Positions 51,418 to 62,028 of a stretch of 64,000 nucleotides of DNA are shown piece by piece. The notes under the pieces are model-generated. The model was not told the origin of the DNA and did no database searches. It saw nothing but the letters and a program-made list of their open reading frames with translations. A program made the translations under genes and the position numbers. The stretch covers positions 640,001 through 704,000 of the forward strand of contig CBDHDG010000005.1 in assembly GCA_965261595.1 (NCBI GenBank). Direction: 5' to 3'. The DNA comes from a bacterium. GTDB taxonomy: Bacteria > UBA8248 > JACPRG01 > G963555815. The first letter of the stretch is position 1. The number at the start of each line of letters is the position of its first letter.

Positions 51418-53766
51418 CTACTCCGCGGCCCGGTCTTCTTTCTCTTTCAGCGCACGGAGGATCTTCTCAGGCGTGATCGGCAGGTCGCGAATCCGGACGC
51501 CGATGGCGTCGTAAATGGCGTTGGCGATGGCGGGGCTCGTGGGCGTGATGGACGTTTCCCCGGTTCCTTTGGCCCCGAACGGCCCGTCCTTGTGAGGCGT
51601 CTCGACGATGATGTTCTCCATCACCGCCGGAATCTCCTCGAAAGAGGGCAGGACATAGTCCGCCAGGTTGGGGTTGATGGGTTGGCCTCCGTCGAAATCG
51701 AGCGATTCGTAGAGGGTCTGACCGTAGGCCATCATCGACGAGCCCGCGATCTGTTCCTCGCACCGCATCGGGTTCAGGGCCTTGCCGACGTCGATGGCAT
51801 TGACCAGCTTCCGGACCCGGACCGCCCCGGTCTCGGTGTCCACTTCGACTTCCGCCGCGCCCGAGCCGACAAACCAGAAGATGGCGGTGATCTCCCCTTC
51901 GGCCTGGCCGGTGTCGAAATTCAGCTTCCCGCCCTCGACCTTGTAGAGACCCGTGCCGAGGAGGTCCCCGCCGTTCATCCGGAAGTAGCCCTGGACCACC
52001 TCCCGGAATGTCCTGGAACGCTCCGGCGCCCCGCGCACCCAGATCTTGCCGCCGCCGGTCTCCAATTGGTCCGGGGGCGCCTCGATCTGCTCGCCGGCCA
52101 GGATGAGCACCTGTTCGCGAATCCTCAACGAGGCCTCCTGAACGGCCCCCCCCACGTGGAAGGTGGAGCGGGAGGAGTTGGTCATCTGGTCGTAAGGCGT
52201 GAAGTCGGTGTCCTGGTGGGTGACGATGACGTCGTCGAACCGGACGCCCAGCGTCTCGGCCGCAATCTGGGCCATCACGGTGTTCGATCCCTGGCCCATG
52301 TCCACGACGCCGGCGACGACGTTCACGCTTCCGTCGTCGTTGAGCTTCAGGTATGCGCTGGAGGTCGTCGGCGTGGCGGTGCTCTTGATGGTGACGGAGA
52401 GGCCCTTCCCGACCCGGATGTTGGGGGCTTCCGCGGGCGCGGCCAGCGCGCCCCAATCGATGGCCCGGGCCGCCCGTTCCAGCGTCTCTTGGAAGCCGAT
52501 GGAGTGCAACCGGGAACCCGTGACGAAGGCGTCCCCTTCTTTCAGGAGGTTCATCATGCGGAATTCGTAGGGGTCCAGACCCAGCTCCTCGGCCAGGCGA
52601 TCCATGTGGCTTTCGTAGGCCCAGGAGACCTGGGCCACGCCGAATCCCCGGAACGGGCCGGCCGAGGGCTTGTTGGTGAGAACGCAGTAGGCATCGACCC
52701 AGGCGTGCTCGAACCGGTAGGGGCCGCACGAGACGTAGCCGGAATTCTTCGTGACGCGCGGGCCGATGTCCGCGTACGCGCCCGTGTCCAGGCGGTTGGT
52801 CATCTTGCGGGCCACCAGCCTGCCGTCTTTTCGGACGCCGGTTTTGACGGTGACGACGGAGGCGTGCTTCACGCACGTCAAGAAGGTCTCCTCGCGGGAG
52901 AGCATCATCCGGACGGGCCGCCGGGCCTTGATGGCCAGACACGAGACGAGGGGCTCCAGGCGCGCATAAGTCTTTGAGCCGTATCCTCCGCCGATATACG
53001 GGACCTCGACCCGGATCTCACCGACCGGGACCTTGAGGACGTGCGCCGTCTCCTGCCGGGCCAGGAAGGGGTTTTGGTTGCTGGTCCACAAGTGCATGCG
53101 CCCGTCGGGTTCCCGCCGGGCGAGGGTGATGAAGGGCTCGAAGGTCACGTGCTGCGTCGTGGGGGTTGTGTACGTCTCTTCCAGGACCAGGCCGCTTTCC
53201 TTGAACCCCGCCTCGACATCGCCGTTTCGGAGGCGGAAATGATTGCAGATGTTCGTGCCGGGGACGGGCCGCACGGTCTTGAGGTCCGCGAAGCCGATGG
53301 CCGGCAGCTCCATGGTTTCATGGACCCGCGGGGCGTCCTCGGCCAGGGCGTCCAAGACATTCGTGACCGCGGGCAGCTCCTCGTACTCCACGTCGATGAG
53401 CGCCAGGGCCTCGTCGAGGATGTCTTCGTCCTCGGCGACGACGGCCGCCACGGGATCGCCCACAAAACGGACCTTGTCGAAGCCGATGACCGGCTGGTCG
53501 TAGTACACCGGCCCGAACGTCGGGTTGAAAGGTCCCAGGTCGTCCCGGGTGAACGCGCACACCACGCCCGGAAGGCTCTCCGCCCGGGCGGCGTCGACCC
53601 GAAGAATCCTGGCGTGCGGGTAGGGGCTCCGCAGGGCCTTGGCGTGGACCATGCCCGGAAGCTCGATGTGGGCCGTGTAGATCCCGTCCCCGCGGACCTT
53701 CATCTTCGCCTCGGGGCGGATTTCGTTTTTCCCAATCGTGTGATGGGGGGGGGCGGATTCATTCAC
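51418..53766 (-). CDS. Xanthine dehydrogenase family molybdopterin-binding large subunit (no. 3)
   Basis: HVTFEP, GGGYGSK, PFRGFG, DMGQG, GAKGTGE. Confidence 0.93.
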   Translation of the reverse strand: MNESAPPHHTIGKNEIRPEAKMKVRGDGIYTAHIELPGMVHAKALRSPYPHARILRVDAARAESLPGVVCAFTRDDLGPFNPTFGPVYYDQPVIGFDKVRFVGDPVAAVVAEDEDILDEALALIDVEYEELPAVTNVLDALAEDAPRVHETMELPAIGFADLKTVRPVPGTNICNHFRLRNGDVEAGFKESGLVLEETYTTPTTQHVTFEPFITLARREPDGRMHLWTSNQNPFLARQETAHVLKVPVGEIRVEVPYIGGGYGSKTYARLEPLVSCLAIKARRPVRMMLSREETFLTCVKHASVVTVKTGVRKDGRLVARKMTNRLDTGAYADIGPRVTKNSGYVSCGPYRFEHAWVDAYCVLTNKPSAGPFRGFGVAQVSWAYESHMDRLAEELGLDPYEFRMMNLLKEGDAFVTGSRLHSIGFQETLERAARAIDWGALAAPAEAPNIRVGKGLSVTIKSTATPTTSSAYLKLNDDGSVNVVAGVVDMGQGSNTVMAQIAAETLGVRFDDVIVTHQDTDFTPYDQMTNSSRSTFHVGGAVQEASLRIREQVLILAGEQIEAPPDQLETGGGKIWVRGAPERSRTFREVVQGYFRMNGGDLLGTGLYKVEGGKLNFDTGQAEGEITAIFWFVGSGAAEVEVDTETGAVRVRKLVNAIDVGKALNPMRCEEQIAGSSMMAYGQTLYESLDFDGGQPINPNLADYVLPSFEEIPAVMENIIVETPHKDGPFGAKGTGETSITPTSPAIANAIYDAIGVRIRDLPITPEKILRALKEKEDRAAE

Positions 53767-54212
53767 GTGATGTCTCTCCCCGGGAAATTCCGCGCACAGT
53801 CATCGGGTCCGCGCCTGATTAGAGCGGGTCGTGAGTCCGTCTCGCTGTCCGGTTGAGTTCTTTCGTTTCCGGCGCGGCCGGCCGCGTCCGCGAACTTCGG
53901 CCAAAGCGGCCATGTTCTGGTCGCGAAGATATTCGCCGGAATAAGAAAAGTCAACCGATTCGCCCTTCTCCAACCTCCACCGTGTCCATCCCGGCCATTC
54001 GGTCCGGCGCCGGTGGGCGGGCATTTCTCGGCCCAGTGGCTCTGCTGGGCGGGGCCCATCTCCGGCGCCCTGCCGGCCGCGCGGTTGTATGACTGGATTC
54101 GCTGTGAACCGGACATTGAGCGGGCTTGGGTCAAGGGATGTTGCTGAGGGGTTCCCTCGTCCAGCCGGAATCGGGGGGCCCCGGAACCGCCGCCGGCCCC
54201 GCGCGGACCGGA

Positions 54213-55604
54213 TCAGGATTCCTTGATGGCGGAGATCAAGTCCAGCACGGCCTTCTGGCCGTCTCCGAAGTACATGAGGGCGTTGTCTTCCGCGAAGAGC
54301 GGGTTGGGGACTCCGGCGAAGCCCGGGCTGAGGCTGCGCTTGATGACGATCACCGTGCGGGCCTTGGCGGCGTCGATGATGGGCATCCCGGCGAGGGGGC
54401 TCGCCGGGTCCGTCCGGGCCGCGGGATTGACGGTGTCGTTGGCGCCGATGACCAGCGCGATGTCCATCTGCTCCATGCCCGGGTTGATCTCGTCCATTTC
54501 CTTGAGCTGGTCGTACGGGACATTGGCCTCGGCGAGGAGGACATTCATGTGGCCCGGCATCCGGCCGGCGACCGGATGGATGCCGTACAGCACCTCCGTT
54601 CCCCGCTTCTCCAGAAGATTGGCCAGATCCCGGACGGCGTGCTGGGCCTGGGCGACGGCCATCCCGTAGCCCGGGATGACGACCACCTTGCGGGCCGTAT
54701 CGAAAACCATCGCCACTTCCTCGGCCGAAACCGATTTGATCTTCCCCTCGTAAATTTCATCCGCGCTCGCCGTCTCGCCGTCGGCGGATCCCAGCGTTCC
54801 GAACAGGACGTTCGCCAGGGAGCGGTTCATCGCCTTGCACATGATCTGCGCCAGGATGATGCCCGACGCCCCGACCAGGGAGCCGGCGATGATGAGGACA
54901 TTGTTGTTCAGGACGAAACCGGTGGCGGTGGCGGCCAGACCGGAGTAGGAGTTCAACAGCGCGATGACGACCGGCATGTCTGCCCCGCCGATGGGGATCA
55001 CCACCAGGATCCCGAGGACCGAAGAGAGGGCCACCAGGGTCCAATAGGCCCAGATGGCCTTCGGGTCGGCCACGATCCAGGCGGCGCAGGCGAGGACCGC
55101 GAGGCCCAGCAGGGCGTTCAGGACATTCCGGCCGGGGAACAGAACGGCCTTGCCGGGCAGGATCTCCTGGAGTTTGCCGAAGGCCACCAGACTGCCCCAG
55201 AATGTGACGGCCCCGATCAGTCCGGACGCGGAGGTGGCCACCGTCAACTGGATCCGGGGCGCGCCCGGCAGGAGTCCCGCCTCGATCAGCGCCGCTCCGG
55301 CCACGAGGACGGAGGCGATCCCGCCGAATCCGTTCAACAGGGCGACCATTTGCGGCATGGCGGTCATTTGAATCTTCAGGGCCAGGACCGCGCCGATCGC
55401 CGCTCCTACGATGATGCCGACGAGGATGAGCTCATAACTCAAAACCCGGTTGTCCACCAGCGTGACGACTATGGCGATGAGCATGCCGACGGCGCCGGTG
55501 AGGTTTCCGCGCACTGCCGTGCGCGGATGACCGAGCCCCTTGAGTCCGATGACGAACAGGACCGAAGCGATCAGGTAGGCGATGTTGATCAGCGAAAGTT
55601 TCAC
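54213..55604 (-). CDS. pntB: NAD(P) transhydrogenase subunit beta
   Basis: MPQMVALLN, IGGADMPVVI, PGYGMAVAQAQH, HPVAGRMPGHMNVLLAEA, GANDTVNP. Confidence 0.97.
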   Translation of the reverse strand: MKLSLINIAYLIASVLFVIGLKGLGHPRTAVRGNLTGAVGMLIAIVVTLVDNRVLSYELILVGIIVGAAIGAVLALKIQMTAMPQMVALLNGFGGIASVLVAGAALIEAGLLPGAPRIQLTVATSASGLIGAVTFWGSLVAFGKLQEILPGKAVLFPGRNVLNALLGLAVLACAAWIVADPKAIWAYWTLVALSSVLGILVVIPIGGADMPVVIALLNSYSGLAATATGFVLNNNVLIIAGSLVGASGIILAQIMCKAMNRSLANVLFGTLGSADGETASADEIYEGKIKSVSAEEVAMVFDTARKVVVIPGYGMAVAQAQHAVRDLANLLEKRGTEVLYGIHPVAGRMPGHMNVLLAEANVPYDQLKEMDEINPGMEQMDIALVIGANDTVNPAARTDPASPLAGMPIIDAAKARTVIVIKRSLSPGFAGVPNPLFAEDNALMYFGDGQKAVLDLISAIKES

Positions 55605-55607
55605 GAT

Positions 55608-55889
55608 TCAGTCTTTCTTGCGGAACATTTCGAGCATGCGGTTGGTGACCAGAAATCCGCCCACGACGTTGATGGTGGCGAAGATGACGGCCACCAGGCC
55701 CAGGATGGACGTGAGGAGGGTATGCTGGGAGCCGGCGGACAGGATCGCGCCGATGATCGTGATGCCCGAGATGGCGTTGGACCCGGACATGAGGGGGGTG
55801 TGGAGCGTCGGCGGCACCTTGGTGATGACTTCAAAGCCGATGAACATGGCCAAAACGAAAATGGTCAGGACTGTGACGAACACTTCCAT
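55608..55889 (-). CDS. pntAb: NAD(P) transhydrogenase subunit alpha, part 2
   Basis: LHTPLMSGSNAISG, NVVGGFLVTNRMLEMF. Confidence 0.95.
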   Translation of the reverse strand: MEVFVTVLTIFVLAMFIGFEVITKVPPTLHTPLMSGSNAISGITIIGAILSAGSQHTLLTSILGLVAVIFATINVVGGFLVTNRMLEMFRKKD

Positions 55890-57073
55890 CAGGCGGATGC
55901 CTCCTGCGCGGCCTTCCCCGTCTCGAGGCCGAGGACCTCCCGCACCCTGGGGTGGACGACCTCGCCCCCCCGGGCCACGAGCGTTCCTTGGGTGATTTCA
56001 TCCTCCAGATCGATGTTCAATCCGCCGTCCTTCACCAGGTGGAGGAGGAAGGTGGCGACGTTTCTGGCGTACATCTGGCTGGCGTGGAACGGGATGCCCG
56101 AGGAGAGGTTCACCGGGCCGAGGATGCTCACGCCGTTCTCGACCACGGTCTCGTCCGGCCGGGTCGACTCGCAGTTGCCCCCCCGCTCCGCGGCGATGTC
56201 CACGATGACGGACCCGGGCGACATGCCGGCCACCATCTCGCGGGTGATCAGGATGGGCGCCGGTTTTCCCGGGATGGCCGCTGTTGTGATGACGACGTCG
56301 CTCTCGGCCACGACCCGGCCCATCAGCTCCTGCTGCCGGCGATAGAAGTCCTCGCCGAGGTCTTTCGCGTAACCGCCTTTGTCCTGGGCGTCGGCCGACT
56401 CCAGGGGCAGCTCGACGAACTTCGCGCCCAGGCTTTCGACCTGTTCTTTCACCTCGGGGCGCACGTCGTAGGCCCGTACAACGGCGCCCAGCCGGTTGGC
56501 GGTGGCGATGGCCTGAAGGCCGGCCACGCCGGCGCCGACGATCAGCACGCGGGCCGGCGCCACCGTGCCCGCCGCGGTCATGAGCATGGGGAACATCCGG
56601 GGCAGGTGATCCGCGCCGAGCAGGACGGCCTTGTAACCCTGGATGGTGGCCATGGCGGAGAGGGCGTCCATGGATTGCGCCCGGGAAATTCGCGGCATGA
56701 GCTCCATCGAGAAGACGCTGACCCCCCGGGCGGCCAGGTCTTTCATCGCCTCGCCGGGGGAGAGGGGCTCGCAAAATCCGATGACCGTCTGTCCGGATCG
56801 CAGGAGGTCGAGGTCCCCGCGGCCCGCCTCCGGGTTGGCCCCGAGGGTGCGGACCTGGAGGAGGGTTTCGGCCTGTGCGAAGACGTCGCCCCGCGAAGCG
56901 GCGATCCGGGCGCCCTTCTCTTCGAACTCAGCGTCGGCGAAGCCGGCGGCCGCTCCCGCCCCGGATTCTACGACGGCCGTCAGGCCGGCCTTCGTCAGCG
57001 AGGCGAGCTGCGCCGGGATCATCGCCACGCGGCGCTCTCCCGGAAAGGTCTCTTTTGGGGTTCCGATCATCAT
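55889..57073 (-). CDS. pntAa: NAD(P) transhydrogenase subunit alpha, part 1
   Basis: PKETFPGERRV, PRISRAQSMD, GAGVAGLQA, GGYAK, GGNCE. Confidence 0.96.
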   Translation of the reverse strand: MMIGTPKETFPGERRVAMIPAQLASLTKAGLTAVVESGAGAAAGFADAEFEEKGARIAASRGDVFAQAETLLQVRTLGANPEAGRGDLDLLRSGQTVIGFCEPLSPGEAMKDLAARGVSVFSMELMPRISRAQSMDALSAMATIQGYKAVLLGADHLPRMFPMLMTAAGTVAPARVLIVGAGVAGLQAIATANRLGAVVRAYDVRPEVKEQVESLGAKFVELPLESADAQDKGGYAKDLGEDFYRRQQELMGRVVAESDVVITTAAIPGKPAPILITREMVAGMSPGSVIVDIAAERGGNCESTRPDETVVENGVSILGPVNLSSGIPFHASQMYARNVATFLLHLVKDGGLNIDLEDEITQGTLVARGGEVVHPRVREVLGLETGKAAQEASA

Positions 57074-57292
57074 GCGAATCGTTGCCGCAAGATTTGTGCC
57101 TAGATCGAGGGAGCGAAAAATCTTCTTTCCGGTCCCCCGTTGGGAAGGGAGGCGCGACAAAACGACGTGACTTTACCCGTTCTGTCGAGTGATTTGCACT
57201 CCCCCCGGGCGGTTCCAGAGCGGGGGAGCCAGGGGGGCCGAACCAAGCCGGCCAGCTGAGACCGGCAGACGAGCCCCCAGATGAGCGGAATC

Positions 57293-57706
57293 CTACTCTC
57301 CCATCACCTTGATCACAACGCGTTTTTTTCGCCGGCCGTCGAATTCGGCGTAGAAAACCCGCTGCCACGGCCCCAGGTCCAGCCGGCCTTCGGTGATGGG
57401 CGCGATGACCTGGTGGTGCATGAGGAGATTTTTGAGGTGGGCGTCGCCGTTGGTCTCGCCGGTGCGGTGGTGGCGGTAATCCGGACCCTCGGGGGCCAGC
57501 TCCTGGAGCCAGTCGTCGATGTCCGCGATGAGGCCCGATTCCGCGTCGTTCACGTAGACGGCGGCGGTGATGTGCATGGCCGAAATCAGGACCATTCCCT
57601 CCCGGACGCCGCTCTTTCCGACGGCGTCCTCCACGCGCCCGGTGATGTTGATGTGCTCCCGCTGAGTTTTCGTATTGAACCATAGGTATTCGGTGAGCGT
57701 CTTCAT
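57293..57706 (-). CDS. yjbQ: YjbQ/UPF0047 family protein
   Basis: [31 protein letters not shown]. Confidence 0.93.
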   Translation of the reverse strand: MKTLTEYLWFNTKTQREHINITGRVEDAVGKSGVREGMVLISAMHITAAVYVNDAESGLIADIDDWLQELAPEGPDYRHHRTGETNGDAHLKNLLMHHQVIAPITEGRLDLGPWQRVFYAEFDGRRKKRVVIKVMGE

Positions 57707-57847
57707 GATCGGTCCCGCCTCATGTACGGTCCACCGCGTCGGGGAGACGCTTTGCGCCTTGGGGAGCGGCGGCGAATGACTTTGAAATTCTGACGGGTCG
57801 CCCGCGTCGCGACGCCCGGGCTTCCGGAAAGGCCCGACCCCGTCTTC

Positions 57848-59296
57848 TCATTGATGCCGGTCCATGAACAACCGGAGCCGCTTGGGAATCTCGAACTCCG
57901 GGAGACCGATTTCGTTCCAGATGTCGAGGGCCTTCATCATGAGGTCTTTGGGCGGAAGGGAGACGTCTCCGGCGTCTTCTTTCTCCGTGGCGTCCAGGAC
58001 GAGCTTGCTGCTCATCTCCGGTTCGCCGTTTCGGACGCGGACGGTGGGATCGGCGACGGCGGGCGTGAACACGTTATCGATGATGATGGTGTCCTGCGCG
58101 GCGTTGAACCGGGAGTTCATGGCCCAGTCCATGTGCATGGGGTCCCGGATGTCGATGTCGTCGTCCACAACCGTGATTCGCTTCAGCAGGGTCGCCTCGG
58201 CGATGAGGCGGCCGACGCGCTTGGCGTGTCCCGGATAGAGCGGTTTCATGGAGACGATCCCGTGGGCCAGGAGTCCTCCGTAGGTCAGGTCGATGTAGGC
58301 GTCCTGGACGGTGTGATGCCCCAGGTCGTGGCGGAGGATCTTGATGAGCAGCCCGGCGTTGCTGAGGCTCTGGATGATCGTGCTCTCCGAGGGCGGCAGC
58401 TGGCTGATGTAGCCGTAATACATGGGGTTTTTGCGGTGGGTGACGGCTTTGACGCGGGCCATGGGCCTGCGGTCGACCCCTCCCATGTAACCGGCGAACT
58501 CGCCGAATGATCCTTCATCGGCCGTTTCCTCGGGGAGAAACTCCCCTTCGATGATGATTTCCGCGTGGGCCGGAACCCGCAGCTCCGAGGTCGCCGCTTT
58601 GACGACTTCGAGGGGCTCTCCCTTCAGCCCGCCCGCGACGCAGAGCTCGTCGGCGCCGTAAGGCACGTTGCAGACGCCCGCCAGGTGCGCCACCGGCTCG
58701 GCGCCGATCACCCAGGCGAAGGGGGCGGGCTTGCCCTTTTGGATGTAGGAGTCGTAGCACAACATGCCATGCCGGCCCGGCGTCAGGTTGACGACGAGTT
58801 GATCCTTGCCTTTGACCATCGTCCGATAGGTGGCGGCGTTCTGAATGCCCGTGTTGTCGTCCCGGGAGATGACGAGGGTGGTGATGTACGGGGCGATGTC
58901 CTTGCCGGGGGTCCAGATGGGGATCGGCAGGCGTCCCAGATCGGCCGCCTCGCCCTCAAGGACGACTTCCTGGCTGGGCGCGGAATCGACTTCCCGGGTC
59001 GGCGCCGGGTTCATCAGGGCGTGGACCCACTTTTCGTTGATCCGGTCTGGCTCCGTTTCGAGCGCCGCCGCGTAGGTGGCCCGCGACGCGCCCAACACGC
59101 CCGTCATGACCGGCATGTCGTGGCCCTTGACCCGTTCGAAGAGCAGGCCGAAGCGCTCCTCGTCGGGAAGGGCCTGGAACATCCACCGGGCCAGACAGGC
59201 CACTTCCCAGGTGTGATCGACGTTTTTTTGGATGCGCCTGAGCTTGCCTTTCGACTCCAGCGCCGCCAGATGCTCCCGGATGTCGCGATAGGCCAT
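57848..59296 (-). CDS. UbiD-family decarboxylase (no. 3)
   Basis: YRDIREH, TYR, VPAHAEIIIEG, EGSFGEF, VDDDID, KLVLDAT. Confidence 0.92.
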   Translation of the reverse strand: MAYRDIREHLAALESKGKLRRIQKNVDHTWEVACLARWMFQALPDEERFGLLFERVKGHDMPVMTGVLGASRATYAAALETEPDRINEKWVHALMNPAPTREVDSAPSQEVVLEGEAADLGRLPIPIWTPGKDIAPYITTLVISRDDNTGIQNAATYRTMVKGKDQLVVNLTPGRHGMLCYDSYIQKGKPAPFAWVIGAEPVAHLAGVCNVPYGADELCVAGGLKGEPLEVVKAATSELRVPAHAEIIIEGEFLPEETADEGSFGEFAGYMGGVDRRPMARVKAVTHRKNPMYYGYISQLPPSESTIIQSLSNAGLLIKILRHDLGHHTVQDAYIDLTYGGLLAHGIVSMKPLYPGHAKRVGRLIAEATLLKRITVVDDDIDIRDPMHMDWAMNSRFNAAQDTIIIDNVFTPAVADPTVRVRNGEPEMSSKLVLDATEKEDAGDVSLPPKDLMMKALDIWNEIGLPEFEIPKRLRLFMDRHQ

Positions 59297-59467
59297 TGAG
59301 TCTCTCCTTGTTCCCGCGCTGGCTTTCCAACGACGGTTCGCCCCGACGCGCCATTGTAATCCCATTTGCCGATGAGGGCGAAAACCGCCGCCCGGGCCGG
59401 GATCGGCGGAAGGTCCGCCCCTGTGGCTCGGGGCGCCGGGTTCCGGGCGGATTGATGTTCTCCCGTC

Positions 59468-61050
59468 TCAGTCCCCGATGTAGCCCAGCCCTTTGATGGC
59501 GCTCGACGGTTTCCGGATCGAGCTCGATCCGCTGTTTGCCGATCAGGCGGCCGCGCCGGAGGACTTCGTCTCGTTTCGCCTTCAGACGCATCCGGTGGCG
59601 GGTGGTGACGGGGTCCCCATTCTAAACAGGTTCCGGTTTTCCCGCGGGTCCTTCAGCAGGTCGAAGAGCCGGCCTTTCCGGAAATGGAGCGGCGTGGGGT
59701 TTTCTTCAAGTGTCAACACCGATTCGGCGATGTATTTTTTCCCCTTTGAAATGATGAACTGGTAGGAGCCTTTGAAAATCCCGGAATACCTCCCCGTAGA
59801 AGTCCCGGGATGCGTTTTTCCCCCGCAGGAGCGGGACGATGGACTTTCCCTGCATCCCTCCCGGACCCCGGATTCCCAGAATTTCCAGGATGGTCGGCAT
59901 GACGTTCTCCAGGCCGGCGAGGTCCCGGTTCCGGATTCCGGGGGTGATTTTTCTGAGGAGCCGCATCACCAGAGGGACGCGAATTTCTTCCTCATAGACC
60001 GTGAAGCCGTGCTTGTAGTGGCCGTGCTCCATGAAGGCCTCGCCGTGGTCCGAGGTGATGATGAGGAGGGAGTTGTCGTATAAGCCCCGGCTCTTGAGGT
60101 AGCGGACGAGCCTCCCCAGCCAATCGTCGAAAAACCGGATTTCTCCGTCGTACTGGGCGACCATGTTTCGGTGCAGCCTGGGTGGAAGGGGATCTTTCGA
60201 GTCTTCCCAATAATTCGGACCGGTCAATATCTTTGGCGGGCCATCGACGGGGCGCCCCCGGAAATCCGGATCGAACATCTTCTTGTACGGGTCGGGCGGC
60301 CGATAGGGGTCATGCGGATCGAAATAGTGGAGGTAGAGAAAGAGCTTGTTCCTTTTCGGGTCGAAGCCCCGGAGAAAAAGGTGCTCCACATAAGCCCGGG
60401 TGTGCCGGAACATCCAATCCGCCTTGACCAGGCGAGCTTCCGCGAACCCGAGGTTCTGCATTTGAAAGAGCCCCGGCTTCTCGTTGAGCAGCGCCTCCAA
60501 CGAGAGGTTCAGCCGATGGAGCAGACGGTCCAAACGGGCGGATTTCCCGAAGAGCGTCCGCCAGACGTATAGCTGCTGGGGCGGTTGATTGTTTCGGTAA
60601 TGAACGCCGCCCCAGAGCTTGTAGAGCTGGAGGACGTAGTCGAATCCCTGCGTGTAGTTCTGTTTGGCGGAGACGAAGAGGTTGGTCGAAAAAAAGGACG
60701 TGGTGCACCCCTGTCGGCGGAGGCGCTCGGCCAGGGTGTCCGCGCTGTCGGGGAGCCGGGAGGCCACGTTGTGCATCCCGGTCACGGTCTCCGGCAGAGA
60801 GGTGAACAGCGTGGCCACGGAAGGGATCGTCCAGTTGGCGTGCGACCGGAAATCCTCGAACAGAATTCCCTCCCGGGCGAGCTCCTCCAGGGCGGGGGAA
60901 GTCGGGCGCCGGTAGCCATAGGCCGACAGGTGATCGGACCGCAGCGTGTCCACAAGAATCAGGATGATGTTGGGCGCGCCCGCGACCGCCGGCTTCGCCG
61001 CCCGCAACGTCTGGTCCGCATAATGCGGCGCGGTGTCGGGAAAGGGAAGG
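59468..61050 (-). pseudogene. Sulfatase-like hydrolase/transferase, probably 5'-truncated, with several C-terminal frameshifts
   Basis: PNIILILVDTLRSDH, WTIPS, DPHDPY, TSDHGE; LFDLLKDPRENRNL and KGLGYIG lie in other frames. Confidence 0.78.
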
Positions 61051-61123
61051 GACTTATATATTTGGGTTAATTGCGTTCAGGAGGATCATGAACGTGGAGC
61101 CCCTAGAATAGGCGATTATATGC

Positions 61124-61152
61124 TTGACACCACAAGAAAAATCTCCTATATT
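61124..61152 (+). promoter_or_regulatory. Near-consensus sigma70 promoter
   Basis: TTGACA-17 nt-TATATT. Confidence 0.6.
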
Positions 61153-61278
61153 TGATCGGATTTTCCTATTTTAAGACCTTTCGGGCCCCTCGAAATAGCG
61201 TTTTAGAAACAGAATCCCCTATCCAAGGAGGAAGCGCAAATGATGCACTATACCTTGGCGATAGATCCAAGATACGCT

Positions 61279-61866
61279 CTATCCTTGAAAGAGAAGATGT
61301 TGAATTGGAAGCCCCGGAGGCAGGTTGATCTCAGTTACTTCATCGGTGATTCCGCGCTTCAACGCGTCCTGCGCGCCGACAAAAGCCATGTTGAGGAAAA
61401 GCCCATCGACATCGTCGGCACTGAGTTTGGTGTGCTTGACCATGATATCTGAGATAAGGGATTGATCGTTTTTTAGGGCAGCGACTTTTTCTTGGAATTC
61501 CTTTAGCTCCATCCGAGCCCCCTTCTGTATGTCAAATCCTACACCATGGAACATAAAACTGGATGACGGTGCGGCAACTTTTCGCTTCCCTGACTGAAAG
61601 ACCACATTGCCGATTGAATTGACATTCCCAACGTTGTACATCACCACGGGAACCGGAAGTGCTCTAATCGTGTTGTAGATTGTTATTCCGTCTGAAACCA
61701 GACCGCCAGGAGTAGAAAGCAGGACATGAATTTCATCGCATCCTTCATTTACCGAATGGGTTATTGCCGCCAAGAAAGCAGATGTTGTCTGCGGATAGAC
61801 AGAAGCTGAGAATGAAATGCAGATCGGGTTTTTCCCAGATATCTGAATTGTTTCTTTGTTGCTCAT
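61279..61866 (-). CDS. ClpP-like (Clp protease/crotonase fold) peptidase
   Basis: LSTPGG, GITIYNTI, NSIG (Ser), FMFH (His), ALKRGITDEV; AT-rich coding. Confidence 0.82.
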   Translation of the reverse strand: MSNKETIQISGKNPICISFSASVYPQTTSAFLAAITHSVNEGCDEIHVLLSTPGGLVSDGITIYNTIRALPVPVVMYNVGNVNSIGNVVFQSGKRKVAAPSSSFMFHGVGFDIQKGARMELKEFQEKVAALKNDQSLISDIMVKHTKLSADDVDGLFLNMAFVGAQDALKRGITDEVTEINLPPGLPIQHLLFQG

Positions 61867-62028
61867 GGTTTCTGGTTCTCCTTCGTTGATTCGACGTTAA
61901 TCATCCAGTTCTAGCGGGATCGTTTCGTTCCGCCTGGGAAACGCGCGAGGCAGATTTGCCATGAATCTATTCCAATTCGGTGAAATCTTCATTAGTGCAA
62001 CGGAATTTCCTAGTTTAAGACCTTCCTT

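Noticed and set aside
80..60000. Many long antisense or alternate-frame ORFs (e.g. 1530-3395+, 10186-12255-, 18541-21036-, 54126-56345+)
   Set aside because: Shadow ORFs of high-GC genes with no family motifs
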